Assembly (NCBI GenBank): GCA_046290465.1
Contig: JBKAGP010000001.1
Coordinates: 3,808,001-3,872,000, forward strand
Origin: Planctomycetota bacterium
Lineage (GTDB): Bacteria; Planctomycetota; UBA1135; UBA2386
Direction of reading: 5' to 3'
Length of the DNA stretch: 64,000 nucleotides
Shown here: positions 1 through 9,324 of the stretch, piece after piece
How the letters are laid out: every line of letters begins with the position of its first letter
Position numbering within the stretch: the stretch's first letter is position 1
The notes under the pieces: generated by a model
What the model was told of the DNA's origin: nothing
The model's input: the letters and a program-made list of their open reading frames with translations, nothing else
The model's database searches: none
Program-made: the position numbers and the translations under genes

Positions 1-597
1 GTCGAGGTCCGCGAGCCGTGCCGGCTGGAGGTCGCCTTCGTCGAACAGCGCGTGCCCGCGCGGCACGTAGACCGCGCGCGTCAGGTCGGCGATCCGCCGC
101 ACGGTCAGGCTGTCGTGCTGGATCGGATCCTCCTGGAACGCGACGTCCAGTTCGCCGCGCATCAGTTCGGTCAGGATCACGCCGAGCGGACGCGTCAGCA
201 GCTGGGGCACCACCTCGGGATGCTCCTGGCGCAGCCGCTGCACGGCGGGAGCGACCAGCGCGGTGGTGCCGGCACCGAGCGACGAGATCCGCAGGGGGCC
301 GGTGAGCCCGGTCTGCGCCAACTCGTGGCGCGCGTCGTCGACGCGGCGCATCGCCTCGCGCACCGCGGCCAGCAGCGCCTCGCCGTGGTGGTTGAGCCGC
401 AGCGTGCGCCCGGTCCGTTCGAACAGTTGCTGGCCGAGCGCGCGCTCGAGCAGGCCGAGCGTTCGCGACAGCGACGACGCCCCGACGCCGCAGATCGTCG
501 CCGCGCTCGGCAGGTGCTCGGTCTCGGCGATCGCGCGGAACTGCGGCAACCACGGCCAGATCGAGAGCAGGCTGCGCATCGGAGCCAGGCCATCCAT
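1..597 (-). CDS. LysR-family transcriptional regulator (3' end runs off window)
   Basis: Manual minus-strand translation from ATG 597 (or 579): MDGLAPMRSLLSIWPWLPQFRAIAETEHLPSAATICGVGASSLSRTLGLLERALGQQLFERTGRTLRLNHHGEALL, an HTH_1 pattern. No stop before base 1, so absent from ORF track. Divergent from lactonase gene. Confidence 0.88.
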   Translation of the reverse strand, partial: MDGLAPMRSLLSIWPWLPQFRAIAETEHLPSAATICGVGASSLSRTLGLLERALGQQLFERTGRTLRLNHHGEALLAAVREAMRRVDDARHELAQTGLTGPLRISSLGAGTTALVAPAVQRLRQEHPEVVPQLLTRPLGVILTELMRGELDVAFQEDPIQHDSLTVRRIADLTRAVYVPRGHALFDEGDLQPARLADLD

Positions 598-720
598 GCA
601 CGGATTCGAATGGTGGCTTCGAAACATTGCAAGGAACGCAACAGATGCCGCCGCGAACCAGTCGCCCGTCGCCGTGACTCCCCTGCGGCGAATCGACCCA
701 ACACCCTTCTGCTGAACAAG

Positions 721-1803
721 ATGAAGCTGCTTTCCATCCTCGCGGGCGCCCTCCTGGCGGTCTCCGCATCTGCCCAACACTTCGGCACGGTCTTCTCCCT
801 CGACAACGATCCCACCGACAACCGCGTGCACGTGATGTTCCGCGGTCCGACCGGCAACCTGATCCCCGTCGGCTCCCACTCGACCGGCGGCACCGGCACC
901 GGCAGCGGCCTCGGCTCGCAGGGCGCCCTCGCGACCAACAAGTCGGGTCGCACGCTGCTGGCCGTCAACCCGGGCAGCAACGAGGTCTCGATGTTCCGCG
1001 TGATCGCGGGCATCTACCCGGTCCTGCTCGACCGCGAGCCGAGCGGCGGCATGCGGCCGACGAGCGTCGCCGTGCACGGCCGGCTGGTCTACGTGCTCAA
1101 CGCGGACAGTGACTCGATCACCGGCTTCCGGCGCCGCGGCCCGCGCCTGATCCCGATCGCCGGCGCCACCTACCCGCTCAGCGGCGCCAGCGTCGCGGCG
1201 GCACAGGTCGGCTTCAGCCCGGACGGCAGCCACCTCGTCGTGACCGAACGTGCGACCGACACGATCGCGGTGTTCCCGGTCAAGCCCAACGGCAGGCTCG
1301 GCAACGCGCAGTTCGTGCCGTCGGCCGGCCCGACGCCGTTCGGGTTCCTGTTCCGCGACGACGGCACGTTGGTCGTCAGCGAGGCCGCGGGCGGCGCCGC
1401 CGGCGCGAGCGTCGTGTCGAGCTACTACATCGACGGCAACGGCGGCCTGCAGGTCGTCACCGGCGCCGCCGCGACCAACCAGGCCGCCGCGTGCTGGATC
1501 GCGATCCCGAAGAACGGCGACTTCGCCTACACCACCAACACCGCCGACGGCACGCTGTCCGGGTTCTCGCTCGACGCGACCGGCAACCTGGCGCTGCTCG
1601 ACCCGAGCGGCGTGACCGGCAACCTCGGCGCGGCGGCGCGGCCGATCGACTTCGACTTCACCGCCAACGGCCGGTTCCTCTACGTGCTCGACTCGGCGGG
1701 CGACGAGATCCGCGGCTTCTACCGGAAGCCGGACGGCAGCCTGCTGCCGCTGTCGGTCCAGGTGCCGCTGGCCGACGGCCACGCCGGCCTGCTGGCGCGC
1801 TGA
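721..1803 (+). CDS. Secreted lactonase-family beta-propeller protein (6-phosphogluconolactonase/cycloisomerase-like)
   Basis: ATG 721 gives signal peptide MKLLSILAGALLAVSASA-Q. Repeated blades: LLAVNPGSNEVSMF, VYVLNADSDSITGF, FSPDGSHLVVTE, FLYVLDSAGDEIRGF. Upstream part of ORF 52..1803 is antisense to lysR. Confidence 0.82.
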   Translation: MKLLSILAGALLAVSASAQHFGTVFSLDNDPTDNRVHVMFRGPTGNLIPVGSHSTGGTGTGSGLGSQGALATNKSGRTLLAVNPGSNEVSMFRVIAGIYPVLLDREPSGGMRPTSVAVHGRLVYVLNADSDSITGFRRRGPRLIPIAGATYPLSGASVAAAQVGFSPDGSHLVVTERATDTIAVFPVKPNGRLGNAQFVPSAGPTPFGFLFRDDGTLVVSEAAGGAAGASVVSSYYIDGNGGLQVVTGAAATNQAAACWIAIPKNGDFAYTTNTADGTLSGFSLDATGNLALLDPSGVTGNLGAAARPIDFDFTANGRFLYVLDSAGDEIRGFYRKPDGSLLPLSVQVPLADGHAGLLAR

Positions 1804-1837
1804 TCGCAATCGGCGGACGCTGCGCCGCCGGCCCCGC

Positions 1838-3538
1838 TCACTTCGGCAGGAACGGCTCGACGCCGTGGCCCCAGCAGCGGTTGCAGGTGCCAGGCACAAA
1901 CACCTTGCGGTGCACGAAGTTGCCCTGCCGCACGACGTTGCCCACGCGCAGGCGCCGCTGCTCCCAGCGGTAGCCGTTGATCTTGTCGTAGACGAGCACC
2001 TCGCGCCAACGGCGCTCGACGCCATCGCCACCACAGCGGCCGCACTCGGCCAGCAGTTCCGCCGCGGCCACCGGCACGATGTAGGTGCCGTTGAGTTCGT
2101 TCTTGAGGCGCGTCTGCAGCCGACCGCTCCACTGCATCAGCACGCGCTCGTAGCCGTCGCCGGTGTTGACCTTCATCGCAGACTGCCAGTTGTCGCCGTC
2201 CCACCACAGAAAGCACTTCGGCGCGTGCTCCCAGTCGATGCTGCCGTCGTAGACGACGCCGTCGACGGTCACGATGCGCTGGCCGGCGTAGCTCTTGCCC
2301 CCGACGACCACCATCGGCGTGTCGTTGCGCTCGTAGCGATCGATCTCCCACTCGGCGATGCCTCCCTTGACCAGCGCCTGGCGGAACGCGACGCGCTCCT
2401 TCTCGGCGGCGATCGCGCGCTGGCGACGTTCTTCGGCCTCTTGCTGCCGGCGGTCGCGCTCGCGCTGCTCCTCCTCGCGCTTCTTCGCGAGGGCGCGTTC
2501 GAGGGCGAGACCTCGCTCGACGCGGGCACGATCCTCGGCCTCGCGGAATTCGGTGAGCAACCGCGCACTCGTACGCTGCAAAGCGGCCCCGACGTCGTCG
2601 GCCCTTGCCAGCTCGCGCTCGTCCTCGTCCCACGAGAGCACCCGCCACGGCTCGGCCTCGCCGTCGCGCTGCACGACGACGACGCGGCGCTGCGCACTGA
2701 CGCCCGGCGCGCGGACCCAGGCGGCGCGCTCGATCTCGACGAAGTCGGCCGCGGTCCGTAGCTCCAGGTCCGTACCCGCCAGCCCGAATCCTGCGTCACC
2801 CGTTCGACGGAGCGCCCAGACCTCGACCCGACGACCTTCGCCGAACGACAGCGGCCGAACCTCTGCGTACGGTCCGTCGCCGACGAAGCGTCGTTCGGTC
2901 GCCACGCGCACCCCGTCCGCGCTGCGGACCAGCCAGACCTTGCCGAGGCCAACCGCGTCGAACGGCTCGAGCGGTGCGGTCGTGCGCGGCCGCAGATCGC
3001 GATCGACGTAGTCGATCAGTTGGTCGCCGCGCCGCACCAGCAGCCCGCCCGCGGCCAATTCGAAGTCGTCGCCGGCGACGCGTGCGAGTTCGCGACCGGC
3101 GGCGTCGATGCGGATCAGTGCCGTCTGCTCGTCGAGCAACACGTAATGGCCGAGGAATCCCTCGGCGACAGCGCGGAACACGTGGTTCCAACCGTTCATG
3201 ACCGCCACCGGCTCATCGGCCCGACGACGCAGCCAGTCACGGCTGCCGCGATCACGCACGAAGAAGGTCCGGTCGTCGGTCACCCGCAGCTGCTCCCATG
3301 GCCCCCACGGCACCACCTGCTCAGCGAGTTCGTCGCCGCGCAGCCGCCACAGCGACTGCTCCGGCGCCCGCGGGTTGCCGCGCCACTGGATGCGATACAG
3401 CTGACCGCCGTAGCTCTCCAGGTCGTCGTCGGACGCATCGTGCAACCCCGTCGACGATGTCGGATCGACCCAGTCGTCGGGGTAGGACGCGCACGCCGCG
3501 AACAGGAAGGGCAGGGGCCACCAGATCGTGTTCCGCAT
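1838..3538 (-). CDS. Hypothetical lipoprotein with coiled coil and C-terminal CxxCxGxG pair
   Basis: Lipobox LFAAC, E/R/K-rich coiled segment, CGRCGGDG and CNRCWGHG. Start could be 3538, 3547 or 3550. Confidence 0.7.
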   Translation of the reverse strand: MRNTIWWPLPFLFAACASYPDDWVDPTSSTGLHDASDDDLESYGGQLYRIQWRGNPRAPEQSLWRLRGDELAEQVVPWGPWEQLRVTDDRTFFVRDRGSRDWLRRRADEPVAVMNGWNHVFRAVAEGFLGHYVLLDEQTALIRIDAAGRELARVAGDDFELAAGGLLVRRGDQLIDYVDRDLRPRTTAPLEPFDAVGLGKVWLVRSADGVRVATERRFVGDGPYAEVRPLSFGEGRRVEVWALRRTGDAGFGLAGTDLELRTAADFVEIERAAWVRAPGVSAQRRVVVVQRDGEAEPWRVLSWDEDERELARADDVGAALQRTSARLLTEFREAEDRARVERGLALERALAKKREEEQRERDRRQQEAEERRQRAIAAEKERVAFRQALVKGGIAEWEIDRYERNDTPMVVVGGKSYAGQRIVTVDGVVYDGSIDWEHAPKCFLWWDGDNWQSAMKVNTGDGYERVLMQWSGRLQTRLKNELNGTYIVPVAAAELLAECGRCGGDGVERRWREVLVYDKINGYRWEQRRLRVGNVVRQGNFVHRKVFVPGTCNRCWGHGVEPFLPK

Positions 3539-3766
3539 CGCCCGCATCATCGACGCCAGCCGAGCGACCGATCAAGCGGTGCACGCGCGGCGCTGCTATC
3601 GTGCCCCATGTTCGACCGGGATCCTCGATGCCACCGCAGCGTGCTCGCCACGCTGCGGCTGCTGACCGCCGCCTGCACCCGGGATGCAACGCCCCACCGC
3701 CGACCAGCTCAGCCCGCGCGTTCACTTTCGCGAACCGATCGCTCCCCTCCACGTAGAATGCGCGCC

Positions 3767-4534
3767 ATGATCCGTTCGACCCTTCCGGTGGCCTTCGCGC
3801 TCGCCGCCGCTGCCTGCAGCGGCACCGAGCGCCACCCGCAGGCCGCCGTCGAGACGACGACCCGGAGGCAGATGATGCGACCCGAAACCGACACCCACGT
3901 ACGGCCGGCGATCGACCTCGAAGCGCCCGCCGCGTTCCAGACCGCCACGTTCGCCCTCGGTTGATTCTGGGGACCCGACTCCCGGTTCGGGAGTCTCGAC
4001 GGCGTGCTGCGCACCCGCGTCGGCTACTGCGGCGGCACCACCGACGCGCCGACCTATCGCAAGATCGGCGACCACGCCGAGACCATCCAGATCGACTTCG
4101 ATCCCAAACGCATCAGCTACGACCGGCTGCTCGAGATCTTCTGGACCACGCACAACCCGTGTCGCACCGCGTGGAGCCGTCAGTACATGTCGGCGATCTT
4201 CTACGCCGACGACGCGCAGCGCGACGCGATCGAACGCACGCGCAAGCAGTTCGTCGGTGAGGACAAGGAGGTCCAGACCGAGGTCCAGCGCCTCGAGCGG
4301 TTCTGGATCGCCGAGGACTATCACCAGAAGTACCGGCTGCGGCACGAACCGGAGCTGCTCGACGAGATCCGCGCGATCTACCCGGACGAACGCGACTTCG
4401 TCGACTCGACCGCGGCGGCGCGGCTCAACGGCTACCTCGACGGGCACGGCGGCCGGCGCCAGCTCGACGCCGAGATCGGCAGGCTGGGCCTGACCGAGAA
4501 GGGCCAGCAGCACCTGCGCAAGCTCTGGCGCTGA
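3767..4534 (+). CDS. msrA: Selenocysteine-containing peptide-methionine (S)-S-oxide reductase, predicted lipoprotein
   Basis: ORFs 3020..3964 and 4004..4534 share a frame and join across TGA 3962-3964: TATFALG-[TGA]-FWGPDSRFGSLDGVLRTRVGYCGG...DHAETIQIDFDP...AEDYHQKY. The TGA sits at the catalytic Cys of GCFWG. Lipobox ALAAAAC. Confidence 0.92.
3977..3995 (+). promoter_or_regulatory. Candidate bacterial SECIS element of msrA
   Basis: GACTCCC-GGTTC-GGGAGTC perfect hairpin starting 12 nt after the in-frame TGA. Confidence 0.8.
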
Positions 4535-4636
4535 CGCGGCGCGGTCCTCAGCAGGCACGACGCGACGACGCGTGCGAGCATGGCCGCCGTCCTCGCCGAT
4601 CGGTGGCCGCCGGCCAGGGCCGGATGCGCCGGCGGG

Positions 4637-5314
4637 CTACAGCGGCTGCGTCGGCGTGCGCTTGAGCAGCCAGGTGCCGAAGTAGAACAGCGGCGTGTCG
4701 GCCAGCGCGACCAGCGCCTTGAACAGCCACAGGTCCAGGACCGTCGACAGGATCTGGTCGGACTCCCAGACGCCCGCGAACAGCACCAGCACCACCAGCA
4801 CCGAGTCGAGCAGCTGTGAGAGCACCGTCGACGCGTTGTTGCGCAGCCAGAGGTGGCGGCCGTTCGTCAGGTCCTTCCAGAAGTGGAACAGGCGAACGTC
4901 GACGAACTGCGCGAACAGGTAGGCCGTCATCGAGGCGGCGATCACGCGCCACGTGTTGGAGAAAGCCTGCCCGTAGGTCTCGTCGCCGACGGGGCTCCCC
5001 TCGATCGCGGGAAACTGTGCCCCGAGCCACAGCGCCAGCAGCGCGAACAGCGACGCGGCGAAGCCGGCCCAGACGACGCGGTTGGCGCGGCGTCGGCCGT
5101 AGAGTTCGGACAGCAGGTCGGTCGCCAGGAACGTGATCGGGTACGGCAGCGCCCCGGCCGACAGCGTGAACACCTTGAAGCCGAGATCGACCGTCAGGAA
5201 CTTGTTGGCGATCAGGTTGCAGGTGACCAGCGACGACAGGAACACCGCCGCCAGCACCAGGAACACGAAGTCGACCGGCCGGTCGCCCGCGTTGTCGAAC
5301 TCGACCGCCGTCAT
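4637..5314 (-). CDS. yhhQ: Queuosine precursor transporter (YhhQ/VUT family)
   Basis: NLIANK, GALPYPITFLATDLLSELYG, AYLFAQFVDV, LWLRNNASTVLSQLLDS, KALVALADTP motifs; multiple TM helices. Confidence 0.88.
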   Translation of the reverse strand: MTAVEFDNAGDRPVDFVFLVLAAVFLSSLVTCNLIANKFLTVDLGFKVFTLSAGALPYPITFLATDLLSELYGRRRANRVVWAGFAASLFALLALWLGAQFPAIEGSPVGDETYGQAFSNTWRVIAASMTAYLFAQFVDVRLFHFWKDLTNGRHLWLRNNASTVLSQLLDSVLVVLVLFAGVWESDQILSTVLDLWLFKALVALADTPLFYFGTWLLKRTPTQPL

Positions 5315-5317
5315 CGC

Positions 5318-5959
5318 CTACTCCCAGCGCAGCGTCTCGATGAACCCGATCACGCCGCCACAGTTGATCTGGTGGCACTGGATGCAGGCGTTGACCACCG
5401 CGTTGTAGGTCTCCTTGTCGGGCGCCTCGTCGAACGCACGCACGGTCGCGAGGTAGCTCTGGGCGCGGCCGTCGTAGCCTTCGTTGCGCTCCTTGGGGTT
5501 GGTCGGCCACGCGCACCGCATCGTGCGATGCGTCGGGAACAGCTTCTCGACCGACTCGCCGTTCTTGACGCGCAGACGGTTCTCCTTCAGTTGATCGACG
5601 AACCGACGCATCAGCACGGCGAGTTCGCTGTCGCCGTTGGGGTTGCGCGGCGACTCGATCAGGTGCCCAGGCGCACCCGGCTTGTTCGGGTCGAGCACCG
5701 TCTGCAGGTTGCAGTCGGAGTCGTCGTAGGCACCCTGCCCGGACGGGTTGTCTGCGGCCCCTCCCTGCTCGGGCCGATCGGCGCCGGCGGCACCGGTCGG
5801 GTTGTCTCCGGATGGGGCCTGACCGGACGGGGTCTGACCGGATTGGGCCTGACCGGATTGGGCCTGACCGGATTGGGCCTGGCCAGATTGCGTGGGCTCG
5901 TCCGCGGTGCACGCGACGAAGAACAGGGAGAGGAACGACAGCGTCAGGAATCGGGACAC
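5318..5959 (-). CDS. Monoheme c-type cytochrome lipoprotein (class II-like, C-terminal CxxCH)
   Basis: GTG 5959 gives MSRFLTLSFLSLFFVAC (lipobox), low-complexity QSGQA linker, and CIQCH near the C-terminus of a helical domain. Confidence 0.65.
   Translation of the reverse strand: MSRFLTLSFLSLFFVACTADEPTQSGQAQSGQAQSGQAQSGQTPSGQAPSGDNPTGAAGADRPEQGGAADNPSGQGAYDDSDCNLQTVLDPNKPGAPGHLIESPRNPNGDSELAVLMRRFVDQLKENRLRVKNGESVEKLFPTHRTMRCAWPTNPKERNEGYDGRAQSYLATVRAFDEAPDKETYNAVVNACIQCHQINCGGVIGFIETLRWE
5808..5890. repeat. 15-bp tandem repeat, 5+ copies (CCGGATTGGGCCTGA), in frame as QSGQA
   Basis: Period-15 copies at 5808, 5823, 5838, 5853, 5868. Confidence 0.9.
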
Positions 5960-6002
5960 GGCAGTCGCGATGCTGGGCCCCGATCGCTCGCCTTGCAAGC
6001 CG

Positions 6003-6172
6003 CTAGCGGGCAAAGCCCCGTCCGCAAGCGTACACGCCGCTTTCGCGATCACGGTTGGCAGCGCGTCCACTACCTGGACGCGCTCCTAGCGGGCAAAGCC
6101 CCGTCCGCAAGCGTACACGCCGCTTCCGCGATCACGGTTGGCAGCGCGTCCACTACCTGGACGCGCTCCTAG
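6003..6172. repeat. 83-bp direct tandem duplication bounded by CTAG, each unit with a perfect 10-bp hairpin
   Basis: CTAG at 6003, 6086, 6169; units differ at one base; AGCGCGTCCA-CTACC-TGGACGCGCT in each. Confidence 0.92.
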
Positions 6173-7164
6173 GGCCAGAACGCGCGCCTGGCGGACGTTC
6201 CGAGCAGCTGCCCGGACGGCGAGACGACCAGCCCCTGGCAGAACCACTCGGTGCCGGGCGGCAGCGACGGCATCGCGATCAGCAGCTGGTCGGCCACGAC
6301 GAAGCTGTCGACCGCGACCAGCTGCGTCAGCGTCGGCGTCCACGCGACCGACGTCGACTGCAGACCGAACGCGAACAGGCCCGGCTGGCCGGTCGGATAC
6401 AGCCGCAGGTCGACGACGTTGTCGCGACGGTGCTCGGCATGGAGCTGCGCCGTCGCGCTGGCCCAGCCGAACCCCTCGATCACCGGCTGCCCCGGAAAGA
6501 ACCGCACCTCGAACGTCAACCCGGCGCCGTGCCCGTCGAACTGGCCGTTGACCGCCGATGCGCCGGCCGTGTTGTCGACCTGCAGCTGGATCGGCACGGG
6601 CTGCGCGCCGATCACCAACGGCAGATCGAGCGCGATCTCCGACAGCGACGGCGAGAACACTTGCGACGACGCGGCGACCTCGACCGACCCGTCGGCGCCG
6701 ACGTCCATCGCGACGTGCGCCGCGCCGATGTCGTACTCGTAGCCCGAGTAGACGACCTGCAGGCGTCCGCGGGTCGGCTGCATCGCCGCCAGCGTCAGCC
6801 GCACCGTCGCCTGCATGCTGGTGCTCACCGCTTCGGCGACCGGACCGGTCGGCGGGCTTGCAACCGCGCTCGCCGACGACTCGATCGCAAACGCGAACGG
6901 CGCGACCTGGTTGGACACCGAGTCGAGCACGGTCACGCTGCTCTGGCCCGAGCTCGCACCGAACGAGGCGGAGTTGACGAACACCGTGCCCGGCGGCACG
7001 ACGCCAGGCTGCGCCGACACGTTGCTGACGACCGCCGCGGCATAGCTGGGATTGACGGTCGCGCTGGCGCTGCCCCCGGTGACCTCGATCGTCATGCTGA
7101 CGTTCTGGGCACAGAGGCTGCCGGCGCACGCGATCGCCACGATCGAATACTGTCTCACCTTCAT
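6169..7164 (-). CDS. Secreted hypothetical protein
   Basis: ATG 7164 MKVRQYSIVAIACAGSLCA-Q signal; S/T/V-rich beta-type sequence; C-terminus MPSLPPGTEWFCQGLVV resembles a short form of the recurring C-terminal module. Confidence 0.75.
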   Translation of the reverse strand: MKVRQYSIVAIACAGSLCAQNVSMTIEVTGGSASATVNPSYAAAVVSNVSAQPGVVPPGTVFVNSASFGASSGQSSVTVLDSVSNQVAPFAFAIESSASAVASPPTGPVAEAVSTSMQATVRLTLAAMQPTRGRLQVVYSGYEYDIGAAHVAMDVGADGSVEVAASSQVFSPSLSEIALDLPLVIGAQPVPIQLQVDNTAGASAVNGQFDGHGAGLTFEVRFFPGQPVIEGFGWASATAQLHAEHRRDNVVDLRLYPTGQPGLFAFGLQSTSVAWTPTLTQLVAVDSFVVADQLLIAMPSLPPGTEWFCQGLVVSPSGQLLGTSARRAFWP

Positions 7165-7242
7165 CGCAGTGGGCGATCGTAGCGCCGTCGGGGAAGACGC
7201 GCCCCCCCCACCCTCAGCACCGACCTCGACCTTGGTGACCCA

Positions 7243-7740
7243 TTGAAAGGAACGCCGACCCACCCCCTGCTGATCCTCTGCGTGGCCCTGTTCGGCCTGC
7301 TGATGATGCTCCCCGACCTGGACCACGCCTGGTCGGGCCTGCCCGATGGCACCTGGCCGACGAGCGAGGCGAGGGTCGTCGCAAGCGAGGTCGAGGCCCA
7401 CAGCAACTACAACAGCGCGACGCACGTCCACTCGACCCACTACATCGCGCGCATCACCTATCGCTACCAGCACGAGGGCACGTCGTACGACTCGTACTGG
7501 TGGAACCCCGGTGGCTCGCGCTCGTTCGCCGACAAGCAGGACGCGCAGGCGGCGGTTGCGGCGAGCCCGGTCGGCGCTTCGCTGACGGTGCACGTCAACC
7601 CCAAGATCCCGTCGCGCGCCGTCGTCGACCCCACGCCGCCGCAGGACTACGGCGCGTGGTTCGTGCGCGGCGGCATCATCATCGGCATCGCGCTGCTGAT
7701 GCTGGTCGTCGAGATCGTGCGCCGCCGCCGCTCGGCGTAG
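7243..7740 (+). CDS. DUF3592-like membrane protein
   Basis: N- and C-terminal TM segments; WPTSEARVVASEV, ITYRYQHEG, PVGASLTVHVNPKIPSRAVV pattern. Confidence 0.75.
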   Translation: MKGTPTHPLLILCVALFGLLMMLPDLDHAWSGLPDGTWPTSEARVVASEVEAHSNYNSATHVHSTHYIARITYRYQHEGTSYDSYWWNPGGSRSFADKQDAQAAVAASPVGASLTVHVNPKIPSRAVVDPTPPQDYGAWFVRGGIIIGIALLMLVVEIVRRRRSA

Positions 7741-7761
7741 CCGCGACGCGCCCGTCCGGCG

Positions 7762-8214
7762 CTACGGCTTGCCGTCGCCGCTGCGCGTCTCCGTCGGCGG
7801 CGACGTCTCGGGCGGCTTGCGCAGCTCCATCGCCTTCTCGAGGCCGACGACCTTGACGAGTTCGGCCCACGAAGGCTCGTACTCGATGTAGACCTCGGTC
7901 GTCACCGGCGTGACCAGCAGCGTCAGCGGCCAGTAGGCGAGCGAGTAGTTGACGGAGCCGGTCTGCACGACCCGCACGCGCGTGCCGTCATGCCGGGCGA
8001 TCGCCGCGGTGGTGACGTCGACCATCTCGTCGAGCGTGATGTTGCCGAGCAGCGGGATGAACACGAGCAGGTTGATGCCGACGTTGGTGGTCGCCTTCAT
8101 CAACACCGGCCGGCCCTCGGGGTCGAGCCGACCGTTCCAGTGGGTGGCGGTGCTGGTGAACGAGCAGGACGTCAGCGCGCCGGCTACGGCTACGGCGAGG
8201 ACACGAAGTCGCAT
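7762..8214 (-). CDS. Hypothetical lipoprotein
   Basis: GGAGG upstream of ATG 8214; MRLRVLAVAVAGALTSC lipobox. Confidence 0.72.
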   Translation of the reverse strand: MRLRVLAVAVAGALTSCSFTSTATHWNGRLDPEGRPVLMKATTNVGINLLVFIPLLGNITLDEMVDVTTAAIARHDGTRVRVVQTGSVNYSLAYWPLTLLVTPVTTEVYIEYEPSWAELVKVVGLEKAMELRKPPETSPPTETRSGDGKP

Positions 8215-8280
8215 GGCTACACCCTCCATGAACGTGGCCGGCGCGGCCAGCATCGCGGCAGGAATCGCCGCGCCTCGCTG

Positions 8281-9294
8281 CTAGGAGCGACCTTCCGTTC
8301 TGCCGACAACGCCGGCCGACATGGCCTGCTGCAGCGCCCGCTGCAGCTCCCGTTCGGCGCGCTCGGGCAGGCCGCGCTGGATCCAGACGACCTCGGCACC
8401 GGCCAGGCCGCGCGGCGCGCGCGGCAGCGGCATCGGCGGCGAGACCGAACGGCCGGCGCTCTGCAGCGCGTAGACCGTCCCGGTCGCCGCGCAGCGCGCC
8501 ACCATCTTGACGCGCAGCAACCGCTCGCCGTCCAGCTGTGTCGCCAGCCGCAGCCACAGCTGCAGGGCATCGATGTCGACCGGAGCGTCGCCGCGCACGC
8601 TGCGGGTGACGGCGGCGCCGTGGTCGACCGCGCCGGACTCACCGGCAGGCATCGTGACCAGCCACCGATGCGCCATGCCGTCGCCACCGAACGGCGCCGC
8701 GAACAGCCAGTCCAGGTCCACGGCACCTTCACCGGACTCGCGCACGTCCCGGCCGCCGAACTGCTCGGCCAGCAGCTGCCGCAGCGGCTCGACGCGCTGC
8801 GGCGCGACGTCGCACCGGGTCAGCAGCACGCGATCCCCGAGGTCGAGCTGGCGGCGGAACTCCGGCTCGGTCTCGAGCAGCCGCTCGCCGCGTTCGCAGT
8901 CGACGACGGCGATCACGCCGCGCGGCGCGACCAGCCGGCCGAGGCGCGCATCGGCGGTCAACGCCCCGAGCATCGGCGCCGGATCGGCGAGCCCCGACGT
9001 CTCCAGCACGATGCGGTCCGGCCCGAGCGCCTGCAACCGCAGCAGCGACTCGTGCAGGTCGTCGCGCAGCGCGCAGCAGATGCAGCCGCCTGGCAGCGTC
9101 AGCACGTCCTCGTCGTAGTCGACCAGCAGGTGGCCGTCGATCGGCAGGTCCGCGACCTCGTTGACGAGCACGGCGATCCGTTCTCCGGTCGCCTCCAGCA
9201 CGCGTCGCAGCAGTGTGGTCTTGCCGCTGCCGAGAAAACCGGTCAGCACGTGCAGCGGCGTCGGCGCGGTCGGGGATCCTGGTTGCGGAGTCAT
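8281..9294 (-). CDS. CobW/COG0523-family metallochaperone GTPase
   Basis: LTGFLGSGKTTLL, GCICC, LETSGLADP, CobW_C-like LLRVK. Confidence 0.9.
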   Translation of the reverse strand: MTPQPGSPTAPTPLHVLTGFLGSGKTTLLRRVLEATGERIAVLVNEVADLPIDGHLLVDYDEDVLTLPGGCICCALRDDLHESLLRLQALGPDRIVLETSGLADPAPMLGALTADARLGRLVAPRGVIAVVDCERGERLLETEPEFRRQLDLGDRVLLTRCDVAPQRVEPLRQLLAEQFGGRDVRESGEGAVDLDWLFAAPFGGDGMAHRWLVTMPAGESGAVDHGAAVTRSVRGDAPVDIDALQLWLRLATQLDGERLLRVKMVARCAATGTVYALQSAGRSVSPPMPLPRAPRGLAGAEVVWIQRGLPERAERELQRALQQAMSAGVVGRTEGRS

Positions 9295-9324
9295 CGCGGC
9301 GGGTTCGAAGCTACCATGCGGGCG

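Noticed and set aside
6003..6172. CRISPR or c-di-GMP riboswitch (GGGCAAAGCCC)
   Set aside because: Both units are identical throughout, so no spacers; the rest of the riboswitch consensus is missing
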